From contig WRAI01000005.1 in NCBI GenBank assembly GCA_009780275.1, positions 5,241-69,240 on the forward strand: a DNA stretch of 64,000 nucleotides. Reading direction: 5' to 3'. Positions 55,536-64,000 of the stretch are shown here, piece by piece (the first letter of the stretch is position 1; each line of letters begins with the position of its first letter). The notes under the pieces are model-generated. The model was given only the letters and a program-made list of their open reading frames with translations. It had not been told where the DNA came from and did no database searches. This DNA is from Oscillospiraceae bacterium. Lineage in GTDB: Bacteria > Bacillota > Clostridia > Oscillospirales > UBA929. The translations under genes and the position numbers were made by a program.

Positions 55536-56233
55536 AGTGTGTAGTTCTCCTTTATGCGCTGTGTCGCCGCACAGCATAGTATGAATTTCGACGTCGCTTG
55601 CCTGCGGCGGCCATCCAGCCTCAACATTTGCCCGATGTGTTTGGGAATAAAAGCGTCATACTTGACTTCCAAAATGGCCTGCCCGTCCGGCAGGACATCT
55701 ATGGCGGACAAATGCTGCTCGGTTAGCGGAAACATGCCAAACGGTGCGCGAAGCCTTTGGTCGAGCGTCACGCGTACATTGCCCATCGGATTGACGAAAG
55801 CCTCGCGGTAATAATCAACCAACTGTACGGGTTTCAGCAGTTGCAGGCGGCGCGACAGCTCAAAGCGGCGAAGCAGCTGTTTTTCACTGGTCATCAAGGC
55901 GCGGCTATCATTTTCGAGAATTTGCCGCAATTCCTCCGGTGTTAGTGCAGCGACTTCTTTATTGACGTAGCTATCCTTTTTCTCTTTGCGTTCCAAATAC
56001 ACCATGCCTTGGAAATTATATAGCCGCAAACGGTATTTCTCGCGCTCGGCAACGCCTTCAAGTTTGTCGAGGAAAGTGCTCATCTGCGCGTTTTCAAAAT
56101 AGAGGCTGCGTATGTAGTACCCGCCACTTTGATCGGCATTGGCATCACGTGCCATCACAGGTTCGAGCCGACGGCGTATGGTAACGACATCACTTTCATT
56201 GATAATGGTCTTGAACTCATGGCGGAAGCCCAA
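55532..56233 (-). CDS. VTC-domain (CYTH-like, polyphosphate-polymerase-domain) protein
   Basis: MGFRHEFKTIINESDVVTIRRRLEPVM...YYIRSLYFEN...YLERKEK... Paired with DUF4956, as is usual for this family. Confidence 0.7.
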   Translation of the reverse strand: MGFRHEFKTIINESDVVTIRRRLEPVMARDANADQSGGYYIRSLYFENAQMSTFLDKLEGVAEREKYRLRLYNFQGMVYLERKEKKDSYVNKEVAALTPEELRQILENDSRALMTSEKQLLRRFELSRRLQLLKPVQLVDYYREAFVNPMGNVRVTLDQRLRAPFGMFPLTEQHLSAIDVLPDGQAILEVKYDAFIPKHIGQMLRLDGRRRQATSKFILCCAATQRIKENYTL

Positions 56234-56523
56234 AACTGCTCACCCCCTTGCGTATATTTGCTATCTTACACCATTGTGGAGAATTTTGCAAGATGTATTT
56301 ACAAATGGTGAAAGAGTATGATATAATGCGCTGCCAAGCCAAATGCGGTGGGGTGCTCCCGAAAAGAACGTTATATAATTAAATTAATGGGATAGTGGGA
56401 GCGGGTTATTTCAATTTTGCAAGCAGAAAAAGTGTTAAAAAATCGCTTGAAAGTATCCCCTTCCTTCGTCCCTCCCGTAATATGGATATATTGGCTAAAA
56501 TATAGGTTTGAAAGGATATCTCT

Positions 56524-57264
56524 ATGCTTCAACTTACGAACTTAACCAAGCAATTCAAAAAGGGCACATTGGCGGTTGATAATTTGTCGCTGACTATCAA
56601 TGATAGTGAAGTTTTTGGTCTGCTGGGTGCCAACGGCGCGGGCAAGACTACCACGCTGCGTATGCTCGCTACTATGCTGTCGCCAACAAGCGGCACGGCT
56701 ACTGTTGAGGGCTTCGACATTGTCAAACAACCTGAAGATACGCGCCGCAGCCTGGGTCTGCTCTTTGGCGGCGATGTTGGGCTATATGACAGGCTGACCT
56801 TGCGCGAAAATATCCTCTATTTCGCTGAACTCAACGATATGCCAGCCGAGGATGCCGAGGCGCACGTTAAACGCTTGGCAGAGCATCTCGACTTTACAGA
56901 ACATCTCAAAAAATGGGCAGGCAAATGCTCGAAAGGTACGCGCCAAAAGGCGGCATTTGCGCGCGCCATTATCCACAACCCCAACGTCATGCTGCTTGAC
57001 GAGCCGACCATCGGTCTTGATGTTACGGCACGGCAGAGCGTGGAAGATTTTATTCTGCATTGTAAAGATCTTGGCAAAACCATTGTGCTGTCCGATCATA
57101 ATCTGGATATGGTTGAGCGCGTCTGCGATCGTATCGGCATCATTGATCAAGGCAAGCTGCAAGGTGTCGGCACCATTGCCGAATTGTGCGAACAGCACGG
57201 TTGCGAAACGCTCAAAGACGTATTTTTCAAGCTTTGTCATGAGAGAAAGGCGGTGGCGTCATGA
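56524..57264 (+). CDS. ABC transporter ATP-binding protein (ABC-2/NatA-like)
   Basis: Walker A GANGAGKTTT. Signature CSKGTRQK. Walker B MLLDEPTIGLD. Confidence 0.9.
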   Translation: MLQLTNLTKQFKKGTLAVDNLSLTINDSEVFGLLGANGAGKTTTLRMLATMLSPTSGTATVEGFDIVKQPEDTRRSLGLLFGGDVGLYDRLTLRENILYFAELNDMPAEDAEAHVKRLAEHLDFTEHLKKWAGKCSKGTRQKAAFARAIIHNPNVMLLDEPTIGLDVTARQSVEDFILHCKDLGKTIVLSDHNLDMVERVCDRIGIIDQGKLQGVGTIAELCEQHGCETLKDVFFKLCHERKAVAS

Positions 57265-58469
57265 GCAAATACACAGGTGTTGTCTTGCGAAAAGAGCTGA
57301 AAGACACTTTCCGCGACAAGAAGACAGTTTATCTCGGCATGTTGCTGCCATTGGTGCTATACCCGTTGCTCTTTTGGTTTATGGGTCGCGGTGCGGCGCA
57401 ATTTGACCAAGCCGGTGCGACGGTGGCACTCTACGGCATGAATAACGCGCCTGCCGTGCAAGCGTTTTTGACGGACACTGTTTTTGCCGATTTTGAGGAG
57501 ATTGACGTTGTTGATAGTGATGACCCACTGCAGGACCTGCTCGACGGCAACGTAAACGTTGTGATGCGTATGGACGACAATGCTGCCGCGGCCTTGCTGG
57601 CGGGCGAGCAGGCTGATATCCAGTTGATGTACAACAACACGCGTACGGCATCGCAAGTTGGTGTTGCCACGGTGCAGGGAACGCTTTACGCTTACAACCA
57701 AATCGTTGTGGCGCAGCGTCTGTATAGCGAGCATGGTGTTTCGCTTGATGATTTGTCACCGCTTGTGATATTGCCGAACGAGCGGTACAGCGACGCCGAG
57801 GGAGAAGCCAATGATTTCCTGTCCATGATGGTGCCGATGCTGCTGTTGATTATGCTGGCAGTGGGCAGCATGGCCTCGGCCGTCGACATGTTTGCCGGCG
57901 AGAAAGAACGCAAGACATTGGAACCGTTGCTGACAACACGCGCAGGGCGCGGCTCGATTTTGACGGGCAAGTTCTTGGCTGTGTCGATGATTGGCTTCTT
58001 GACCACGATTATCACCTTAGTCGGTATGTTCCTCGGCTTCTACATCAATGCCGACACCATGATGGGCGAAGGCGGTGGCTTTGGCGGGTTGTTGGAAATT
58101 CCTATTCCGGCTTTGTTGTTGTCTTTGCTGCTTGTCGTTGCGGTGCAGATGAGCTTTACCGCCATCCACGTCATTCTGTCAGCGTGGTCAAAGAATGTGA
58201 AAGAAGCCAGCACCTATGGCTCGATGGTCATGGTGGCCGCCATGATTCCCGCCTATGCCACAATGTTTATGGCGGCCGGCGATGTGCCGCGCTGGATGAT
58301 GTATGTGCCGTTTGTCAACGTCGCGGGCGCGCTGAAAATGCTGCTTGGTGGCTTCCACGACTATGCCATGGTTGGTATTGCGCTGGCCAGTTCGGCGGTC
58401 TTCCTATTCGTCCTGCTGTGGGTGACAACGCGCATGTTCAAAAAAGAGGAGATTATGCTGAGGATGTGA
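57261..58469 (+). CDS. ABC-2 type transporter permease (NatB-like)
   Basis: 402 aa. One N-terminal transmembrane segment, a large loop, then five transmembrane segments. ATGA overlap with the ATPase gene. Confidence 0.8.
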   Translation: MSKYTGVVLRKELKDTFRDKKTVYLGMLLPLVLYPLLFWFMGRGAAQFDQAGATVALYGMNNAPAVQAFLTDTVFADFEEIDVVDSDDPLQDLLDGNVNVVMRMDDNAAAALLAGEQADIQLMYNNTRTASQVGVATVQGTLYAYNQIVVAQRLYSEHGVSLDDLSPLVILPNERYSDAEGEANDFLSMMVPMLLLIMLAVGSMASAVDMFAGEKERKTLEPLLTTRAGRGSILTGKFLAVSMIGFLTTIITLVGMFLGFYINADTMMGEGGGFGGLLEIPIPALLLSLLLVVAVQMSFTAIHVILSAWSKNVKEASTYGSMVMVAAMIPAYATMFMAAGDVPRWMMYVPFVNVAGALKMLLGGFHDYAMVGIALASSAVFLFVLLWVTTRMFKKEEIMLRM

Positions 58470-58555
58470 TCCGCCGTACAAGAGGCGTGACAAATATAAA
58501 CATAGGGGCGGGCATCCCATGCCCGCCTATTTTTTATCATAGGAGATAAGCCATT

Positions 58556-59326
58556 ATGACAACAATGCCGCATCACATCATACTTGACGGCATCATCTCA
58601 ATACAAGCTTGCATTCAATCCAAGAGCCGCCCCATACACACCGTCTACATCGGCACACAAAAGCAAAGCCGAAAGATTGACTGTTTTCTCAATGTGCTGG
58701 AAGAGAATAGCATACATGTCCAATGCGTTCCGCCGGATTTTATTAAACAGCTTTCCGCCGGCAAAACAAATGGCGGTATTGTCGCGACGGCGGGAAAACG
58801 GGTATTTCAATCTGCTGAGACCATATTTGACAGCATGGCAACGCCGCACTTTTATGTGCTGCTGGAAGGCATCGAAGACCCGTTTAACGTTGGCTATTGC
58901 ATTCGGTCTTTGTATGCGCTGGGCGTTAACGGCTTGTTTTTATCTGCGCGGGACTGGGGCGCGGCGGAAAGTATTATTGTCCGTGCCTCAGCAGGGGCTT
59001 CGGAATACATGCCCATTTGTCTCTATAACGATGCGGCGGAATTGGCTTCCACCGCACGTTTTCGTAATATCGACATCGTTTGCGCCGATGCGACTGATAA
59101 AGCTATAGACTTATATGAGACTCAATTTTCTGCGCCGATGCTATTGGTTATTGGTGGTGAAAAACGCGGGATAGCAATGGACTTTCTGTCGACGGCCAGC
59201 ACTGTTGTGAAAATTCCGTATGCGCGGGAATTTCGATATTCTTTACCGGCAGCCTCGGCAACGAGTATTTTGGCATACGAGGTGATGCGGCAGCTGCGAC
59301 AAAGAGACGCCGTACGCGAGGTGTAG
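58556..59326 (+). CDS. TrmH/SpoU-family RNA 2'-O-methyltransferase
   Basis: ...LLEGIEDPFNVGYCIRSLYALGV...LVIGGEKRGI...IPYAREFRYSLPAASATSILAYEV, which are SPOUT motifs. Confidence 0.8.
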   Translation: MTTMPHHIILDGIISIQACIQSKSRPIHTVYIGTQKQSRKIDCFLNVLEENSIHVQCVPPDFIKQLSAGKTNGGIVATAGKRVFQSAETIFDSMATPHFYVLLEGIEDPFNVGYCIRSLYALGVNGLFLSARDWGAAESIIVRASAGASEYMPICLYNDAAELASTARFRNIDIVCADATDKAIDLYETQFSAPMLLVIGGEKRGIAMDFLSTASTVVKIPYAREFRYSLPAASATSILAYEVMRQLRQRDAVREV

Positions 59327-59430
59327 GTTTGGCGCATTGTTTACAATTGCATGGCTGTAGTGTATACTAGACGCAACCGTAAAGCATAGGGCGGAAAAGT
59401 GCTGCTCTTATACGAATTGGAGGCTAATAT

Positions 59431-61104
59431 ATGACATTTTCTCAAATCCCCTACGAGCGACTGACCTACGAAACCCTCGTGCCGCAGATGCAAGATTTGA
59501 CTGAGCGGTTGGCCGGTGCGGTTTCAGCTGCCGAAGCGCGTGAGGTCTATGTTGCTTACGACAAATTGGCGCAGCAGTTCGACGCGGCAATCGCCGTTGT
59601 CTACATCCGCAACCATTTGGACACGACGGACAAATTTTATGAAGACGAACAGGCATACAACGATGAAATGATTCCGCGTGCGATGGAGTTGTTACATGCA
59701 TTCAATATCAAGCTGTTGGCTACGCCCTTCCGTGCCGACTTAGAGCGCGAATTTGGGGCATTGATTTTTAAGAACGTTGAAATTGAGCAACGCGCTTTTT
59801 CGTCCGCCATTGTTGAAGACTTGCAAGAGGAAAACAGACTCGATACGAGCTATACCAAATTGTTGGCAAGTGCGCAAATTGAATACAACGGAGAAACGTA
59901 CAATTTGGCGCAATTGGACGCGTTTCATCTTGATGCTGACCGTGAAGTACGCCGCTGCTCAACGCTGGCACGAGCCGAATGGTTTAACAAGCAGACGGTC
60001 GAGCTGGATGAGACTTTCGATAAATTGGTGGCTTTGCGAACAGCGATGGCACAAAAACTGGGACACGACAACTACATCGCCATGGGCTATGACCGACAGG
60101 AGCGCAATTGTTACGGGCCGGCCGAAGTGGCAAAGTTCCGCGATGCCGTAGCAGCGCACATTGTGCCGTTAGCGGCAGAGTTGAAAGCCAAACAGGCGCA
60201 GCGTATTGGGCTTGACAGCTTAAAAATTTACGATGATGGTGTGCTCTTTCCCGACGGTAACGCCAAGCCGTTGGGCACACCCGAAGAGATTTTGGCCAAT
60301 GGGCGGCAGATGTACCGCGAACTTAGCGCAGAGACGGACGAATGGATGGAAGCTATGATTGCAAAAGACGCATTTGATGTGCTGGCCAAGAAAAACAAAG
60401 CTGGCGGCGGGTTTTGCTACACCATTCACGAGTATAAATTGCCCTTTATCTATGCCAATTTCAACGGCACAAGCGACGATGTCGAAACGCTGACGCACGA
60501 AGCGGGACATTCGTTTGCGGCGTGGCGGTCATTTAAGTACCCCATGACAGGGCAGCGTGAATACTCTTACGATACTGCCGAAGTGCATTCAATGGCGATG
60601 GAGTTTTTGACATGGCCATGGATGCACCTGTTCTATGGCGCGCAAACCGATAAATTTAAACAAGCGCATTTGGAAAATGCCTTGACGTTCCTGCCCTATG
60701 GCGTGATGGTGGACGAATTCCAGCACATCATATATGAGCAGCCGAAACTATCGCCGCAGGAGCGCAACGAAGTCTGGCGCGCGTTGGAGAGCAAGTATCG
60801 CCCGTGGCTGGACATTGACGTGCCATTTTACGCCGAGGGGCGGCGCTGGCAAGCACAGAGCCATATTTATAGCCGGCCGTTCTACTACATTGACTACTGC
60901 CTGGCACAAGCTAACGCGCTGTCGATTTGGGCCGAGTCGCAGACTGATCACAAGGCAGCCTGGCGCAAATATTTGGCGTTTGTCGAGCTGGCAGGTACGC
61001 AGACATTTATCGATTTAACGCGAGGTGCCGGACTGAGCGACCCGTTTGAAACCGCGACATTGGAGAAAGTGGCTGAGATTGTGGCAAAATCTAAACTAAT
61101 ATAA
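59431..61104 (+). CDS. M3-family oligoendopeptidase (PepF-like)
   Basis: 557 aa. Zinc motif LTHEAGHSFAAW. GGAGG RBS. Confidence 0.85.
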   Translation: MTFSQIPYERLTYETLVPQMQDLTERLAGAVSAAEAREVYVAYDKLAQQFDAAIAVVYIRNHLDTTDKFYEDEQAYNDEMIPRAMELLHAFNIKLLATPFRADLEREFGALIFKNVEIEQRAFSSAIVEDLQEENRLDTSYTKLLASAQIEYNGETYNLAQLDAFHLDADREVRRCSTLARAEWFNKQTVELDETFDKLVALRTAMAQKLGHDNYIAMGYDRQERNCYGPAEVAKFRDAVAAHIVPLAAELKAKQAQRIGLDSLKIYDDGVLFPDGNAKPLGTPEEILANGRQMYRELSAETDEWMEAMIAKDAFDVLAKKNKAGGGFCYTIHEYKLPFIYANFNGTSDDVETLTHEAGHSFAAWRSFKYPMTGQREYSYDTAEVHSMAMEFLTWPWMHLFYGAQTDKFKQAHLENALTFLPYGVMVDEFQHIIYEQPKLSPQERNEVWRALESKYRPWLDIDVPFYAEGRRWQAQSHIYSRPFYYIDYCLAQANALSIWAESQTDHKAAWRKYLAFVELAGTQTFIDLTRGAGLSDPFETATLEKVAEIVAKSKLI

Positions 61105-61155
61105 AACCATCTTGGCGGCGCAGAGAAGTTATATTAGCGACAAGGGGTGTAGGCA

Positions 61156-61560
61156 ATGAACATAACCTACAAAGACACAAAAAATTTTGTTAGCACAGAC
61201 TTACAAGAGCTATTCTTATCTGTTGAGTGGTCGTCGGGACACTACCCTGAGAAGTTAGCTGTTGCGATGAGAAATTCCGGCTCAGTGTTCACAGCTTGGG
61301 ACGGTAATAAACTTATTGGGCTTGTGAGTGCCTTAGATGACAATGTTATGACTGCATATATTCATTATTTGTTGGTTAACCCCGAATATCAAGGAAAAGG
61401 CATTGGAAAAGAATTGCTTAAGCTAATTACAGAAAAATACGAGACGTACCTGCGCATTGTGCTGATTGCATACAAAGAGGAAACAGGATTCTATCAAAAA
61501 TGCGGTTTTATTCATAATGATAGAAGTGTACCAATGAAGATTACTTCACTCTGCACCTAG
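61156..61560 (+). CDS. GNAT-family N-acetyltransferase
   Basis: ...LLVNPEYQGKGIGKELLKLI...FYQKCGF. Confidence 0.8.
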   Translation: MNITYKDTKNFVSTDLQELFLSVEWSSGHYPEKLAVAMRNSGSVFTAWDGNKLIGLVSALDDNVMTAYIHYLLVNPEYQGKGIGKELLKLITEKYETYLRIVLIAYKEETGFYQKCGFIHNDRSVPMKITSLCT

Positions 61561-61607
61561 TAAGCATGCGAAAGCACGCCCCCCCTATGCTATGATTGGA
61601 GAAAACC

Positions 61608-62237
61608 ATGACCATCACCTACACAGTTCACAATGGACTATATGTCAATCTAACCAATCGATGCACCTGCGATTGCGATTTTTGCGAGCGAAACAGCATC
61701 GACCGTGTCGGCAATTCTGGCAGTTTGTGGTTGGAGCGTGAACCGACGTTGCAGGAAATTCTCGACGATTTGGCAAAATACGACTTGATGCAATACGATG
61801 AACTGATTTTCTGCGGATTCGGCGAGCCAACACTGCGGTTAGATGTTATTTTAGGTGTTGCGCGTGATGTAAAGGCGTGTCATCCCCGCCTACCGATTCG
61901 TATCAACACCAACGGACATGCCAACCTGATTGCCGGACATGACGTCACACCGGACATGCAAGGCCTGATTGATGTGTTGTCCATTTCGCTCAACCGCCCT
62001 GACGGTGCGGCATATGAACGTCATATGAGGCCGGTCTATGACTGCGCTTTTGACGGCTTGCTCGATTTCGCGCGGCGCGCTAAGCAATATGTGCCGACGG
62101 TTGTACTAAGTGTTGTTGATGTATTGCCGGAAGAACAATTACAACAGTGCCGACTGATTGCAGAACGTCTAGATGTTACCTTTCGCGTTCGGCCCTATCA
62201 TGCCGATTCTGATAATACTGTCGGCAATTTGACATAA
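61608..62237 (+). CDS. Radical SAM protein (small, TatD-associated type)
   Basis: NLTNRCTCDCDFC contains CxxxCxxC. About 209 aa. ATG 61608 follows TGGAGA. Confidence 0.7.
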   Translation: MTITYTVHNGLYVNLTNRCTCDCDFCERNSIDRVGNSGSLWLEREPTLQEILDDLAKYDLMQYDELIFCGFGEPTLRLDVILGVARDVKACHPRLPIRINTNGHANLIAGHDVTPDMQGLIDVLSISLNRPDGAAYERHMRPVYDCAFDGLLDFARRAKQYVPTVVLSVVDVLPEEQLQQCRLIAERLDVTFRVRPYHADSDNTVGNLT

Positions 62238-62244
62238 TTCCGTC

Positions 62245-62265
62245 TGTGGATAACCCTGTGGAAAA
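62245..62265. promoter_or_regulatory. Tandem DnaA-box pair outside oriC
   Basis: TGTGGATAA (62245-62253) is the exact reverse complement of TTATCCACA. TGTGGAAAA (62257-62265) has one mismatch. Both are in the same orientation, 3 nt apart. Confidence 0.6.
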
Positions 62266-62537
62266 CTTGAATTACTCTTGATATGACGGCATTTTTAACA
62301 ATCCGATGATTTGCCTTGAATTCCACAAAGCATTGCGGCACAATGCGCGTTGTAATCCTTTGCGGGATTATTGTAAAGTAAGCGAAAATGTTTCGAAACC
62401 ATGAATTCTAGCCATTGTCTACATCAAACGTCATGTAGTGGATGCAACGCCCTGTATCCCATAGCCTGCAAATGTTTACCGATTCATATGTAAAAGCAGC
62501 ATTTCTGAAAATAATAGTTACAAACTTGACACAACCG

Positions 62538-62566
62538 TTGAATTTCTCAAAAAAACGTGGTATACT
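62538..62566 (+). promoter_or_regulatory. Extended -10 promoter of murA
   Basis: TTGAAT (62538-62543), 17-nt spacer, TGGTATACT (62558-62566). Confidence 0.6.
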
Positions 62567-62617
62567 ACTTAATGCATATTCTTTTCATGAAAGAAAACAC
62601 AAGAGAGAGGGAACCAC

Positions 62618-63916
62618 GTGATTCATTATACAATAGAGGGCGGCCGGCCGTTGAGCGGCACTGTGTCCATCAGCGGTGCAAAAAATGCTGCACTTGCCAT
62701 TATTCCCGCTGCAGTACTCGTGCGGGGCACGTATCGGCTCGACAACGTACCAAACGTGCATGACGTTTGCATCCTCATCGACCTGCTCCGCGCCATGGGT
62801 GTGACGGTTAAAAAAATCAACAACAATTGTTACGAATTCAATTCAGACAGTGCCGATTGCTGTAACGTGCCGTATGAGTTGGCACGGCGCATTCGGGCGA
62901 GCTATTATTTAGTCGGCGCTTGTTTAGGTCGCTTCGGCAAAGCCGATGTCGCCATGCCGGGTGGCTGCGACTTTGGTGTACGCCCTATTGATCAGCACCT
63001 CAAAGGGTTTCAGGCCCTTGGTGCAACTTGTGATGTACGCGGCGGCGCGATTATCGCTGAATGTGCCGGTCAATTGACCGGCAGTACGGTTTACCTTGAC
63101 AACGCATCGGTTGGCGCGACGATTAACATTATGTTGGCTGCGGCGCTTGCCGAGGGCACGACCGTTATTGAAGCGGCGGGCAAAGAACCGCATATTGTCG
63201 ACTTGGCCAATTTCCTTAACTTCTGCGGTGCTGAAATTCGCGGCGCTGGTACCGATGTCATCAAAATCCATGGCAAAAAAGAGCTGTACGCCCGTGATTA
63301 TGCTATCATACCTGACCAAATTGAGGCGGGAACGTATATGGCTGCTGCAGCGGCAACCGGCGGTGAAATTACATTGCTCAACGTCATTCCCAAGCATTTG
63401 GAGTGTATCAGTGTCAAGTTGCTTGAAATGGGCGTTGAAATCGAAGAAGGCGATGACACATTAACTGTGCGGCGTGACGGCGAAACCCCGTTGACAGCAA
63501 CGTCGATAAAAACCATGCCCTACCCCGGATTTCCAACTGATATGCATCCGCAGATGGGTGCGCTGCTGACCATTGCAGAGGGCACATCAATGATTGCCGA
63601 GCGCGTGTGGGAAAATCGCTTTCGCTATGTCAACGAATTGCGGCGCATGGGTGCCGATGTTAAAATCGATGGTCGTGTTGCCGTTATCGAGGGTGTTAAA
63701 CGTCTGTCCGGCGCGCCGGTGCAGGCATGCGACTTGCGGGCTGGTGCAGCGGCAGTCATTGCCGGCCTTGCGGCGTGGGGCACGACAACCGTGACTGACG
63801 TTTTTCAAATTGAGCGTGGCTATGAGGATTTGGTGGGAAAGCTGCAAGCGCTCGGCGCCAATATCCAACGCGCTGAAGAACCTGAAGAGCCGACGTTGAC
63901 CGTGGTGACTGCGTGA
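62618..63916 (+). CDS. murA: UDP-N-acetylglucosamine 1-carboxyvinyltransferase
   Basis: GTG start. IEGGRPLSGTVSISGAKNAALAIIPAAVL...MPGGCDFGVRPIDQHLKGF contains the active-site Cys loop. Confidence 0.93.
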   Translation: MIHYTIEGGRPLSGTVSISGAKNAALAIIPAAVLVRGTYRLDNVPNVHDVCILIDLLRAMGVTVKKINNNCYEFNSDSADCCNVPYELARRIRASYYLVGACLGRFGKADVAMPGGCDFGVRPIDQHLKGFQALGATCDVRGGAIIAECAGQLTGSTVYLDNASVGATINIMLAAALAEGTTVIEAAGKEPHIVDLANFLNFCGAEIRGAGTDVIKIHGKKELYARDYAIIPDQIEAGTYMAAAAATGGEITLLNVIPKHLECISVKLLEMGVEIEEGDDTLTVRRDGETPLTATSIKTMPYPGFPTDMHPQMGALLTIAEGTSMIAERVWENRFRYVNELRRMGADVKIDGRVAVIEGVKRLSGAPVQACDLRAGAAAVIAGLAAWGTTTVTDVFQIERGYEDLVGKLQALGANIQRAEEPEEPTLTVVTA

Positions 63917-64000
63917 CCTTTGCCGTCACTCTCGCCAGCAGCAGTGCCGGCAACGCAACGCTGTTTTCTAACGGCAGGACGCACATTTTGCTCGACGCCG
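63913..64000 (+). CDS. MBL-fold metallo-hydrolase, N-terminal fragment (continues past the right edge)
   Basis: The GTG overlaps the murA stop (GTGA). My translation gives VTFAVTLASSSAGNATLFSNGRTHILLDA, a typical YycJ/MBL-fold N-terminus. Confidence 0.6.
   Translation, partial: MTFAVTLASSSAGNATLFSNGRTHILLDA

Overview
This window looks like the chromosomal replication-origin region of a Firmicutes/Clostridia-type genome; that assignment is inferred from gene content and order. The core is one minus-strand block: noc-like parB, parA, parB, a coiled-coil protein, serS, dnaA, oriC, dnaN, recF, remB, gyrB, gyrA and rnhA. oriC (DnaA boxes plus an AT-rich unwinding stretch) lies in the dnaA-dnaN spacer, and two perfect-core parS sites lie just upstream of parA. 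The rest is mostly housekeeping: a partial aconitase-family gene, selO, an Lrp-aminotransferase pair, ispE, an orphan dnaJ, maf-mreC-mreD-mrdA, zapA, one tRNA-Leu(CAA), a leuA/Re-citrate-synthase-family gene, murA, peptidases and an ABC exporter. I saw no CRISPR array, rRNA, transposase, integrase or recognisable defence system. The parts most worth a second look are: (1) the 14.5-23.8 kb accessory segment, which holds an alkyltransferase-like (ATL) DNA-damage sensor, two URO-D-fold paralogues, a GH20 hexosaminidase next to a 517-aa protein I cannot place, a low-GC two-kinase islet, and a secreted mini-protein with a lipoprotein; (2) a GT-C/PMT-like glycosyltransferase with an internally duplicated ectodomain; (3) a strand-specific purine-arm/pyrimidine-arm hairpin found upstream of two unrelated genes; (4) a low-GC trough and unusual gene order around oriC; (5) an ectopic DnaA-box pair upstream of murA. 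All functional calls come from my reading of the translated ORFs and motifs. No database search was run.
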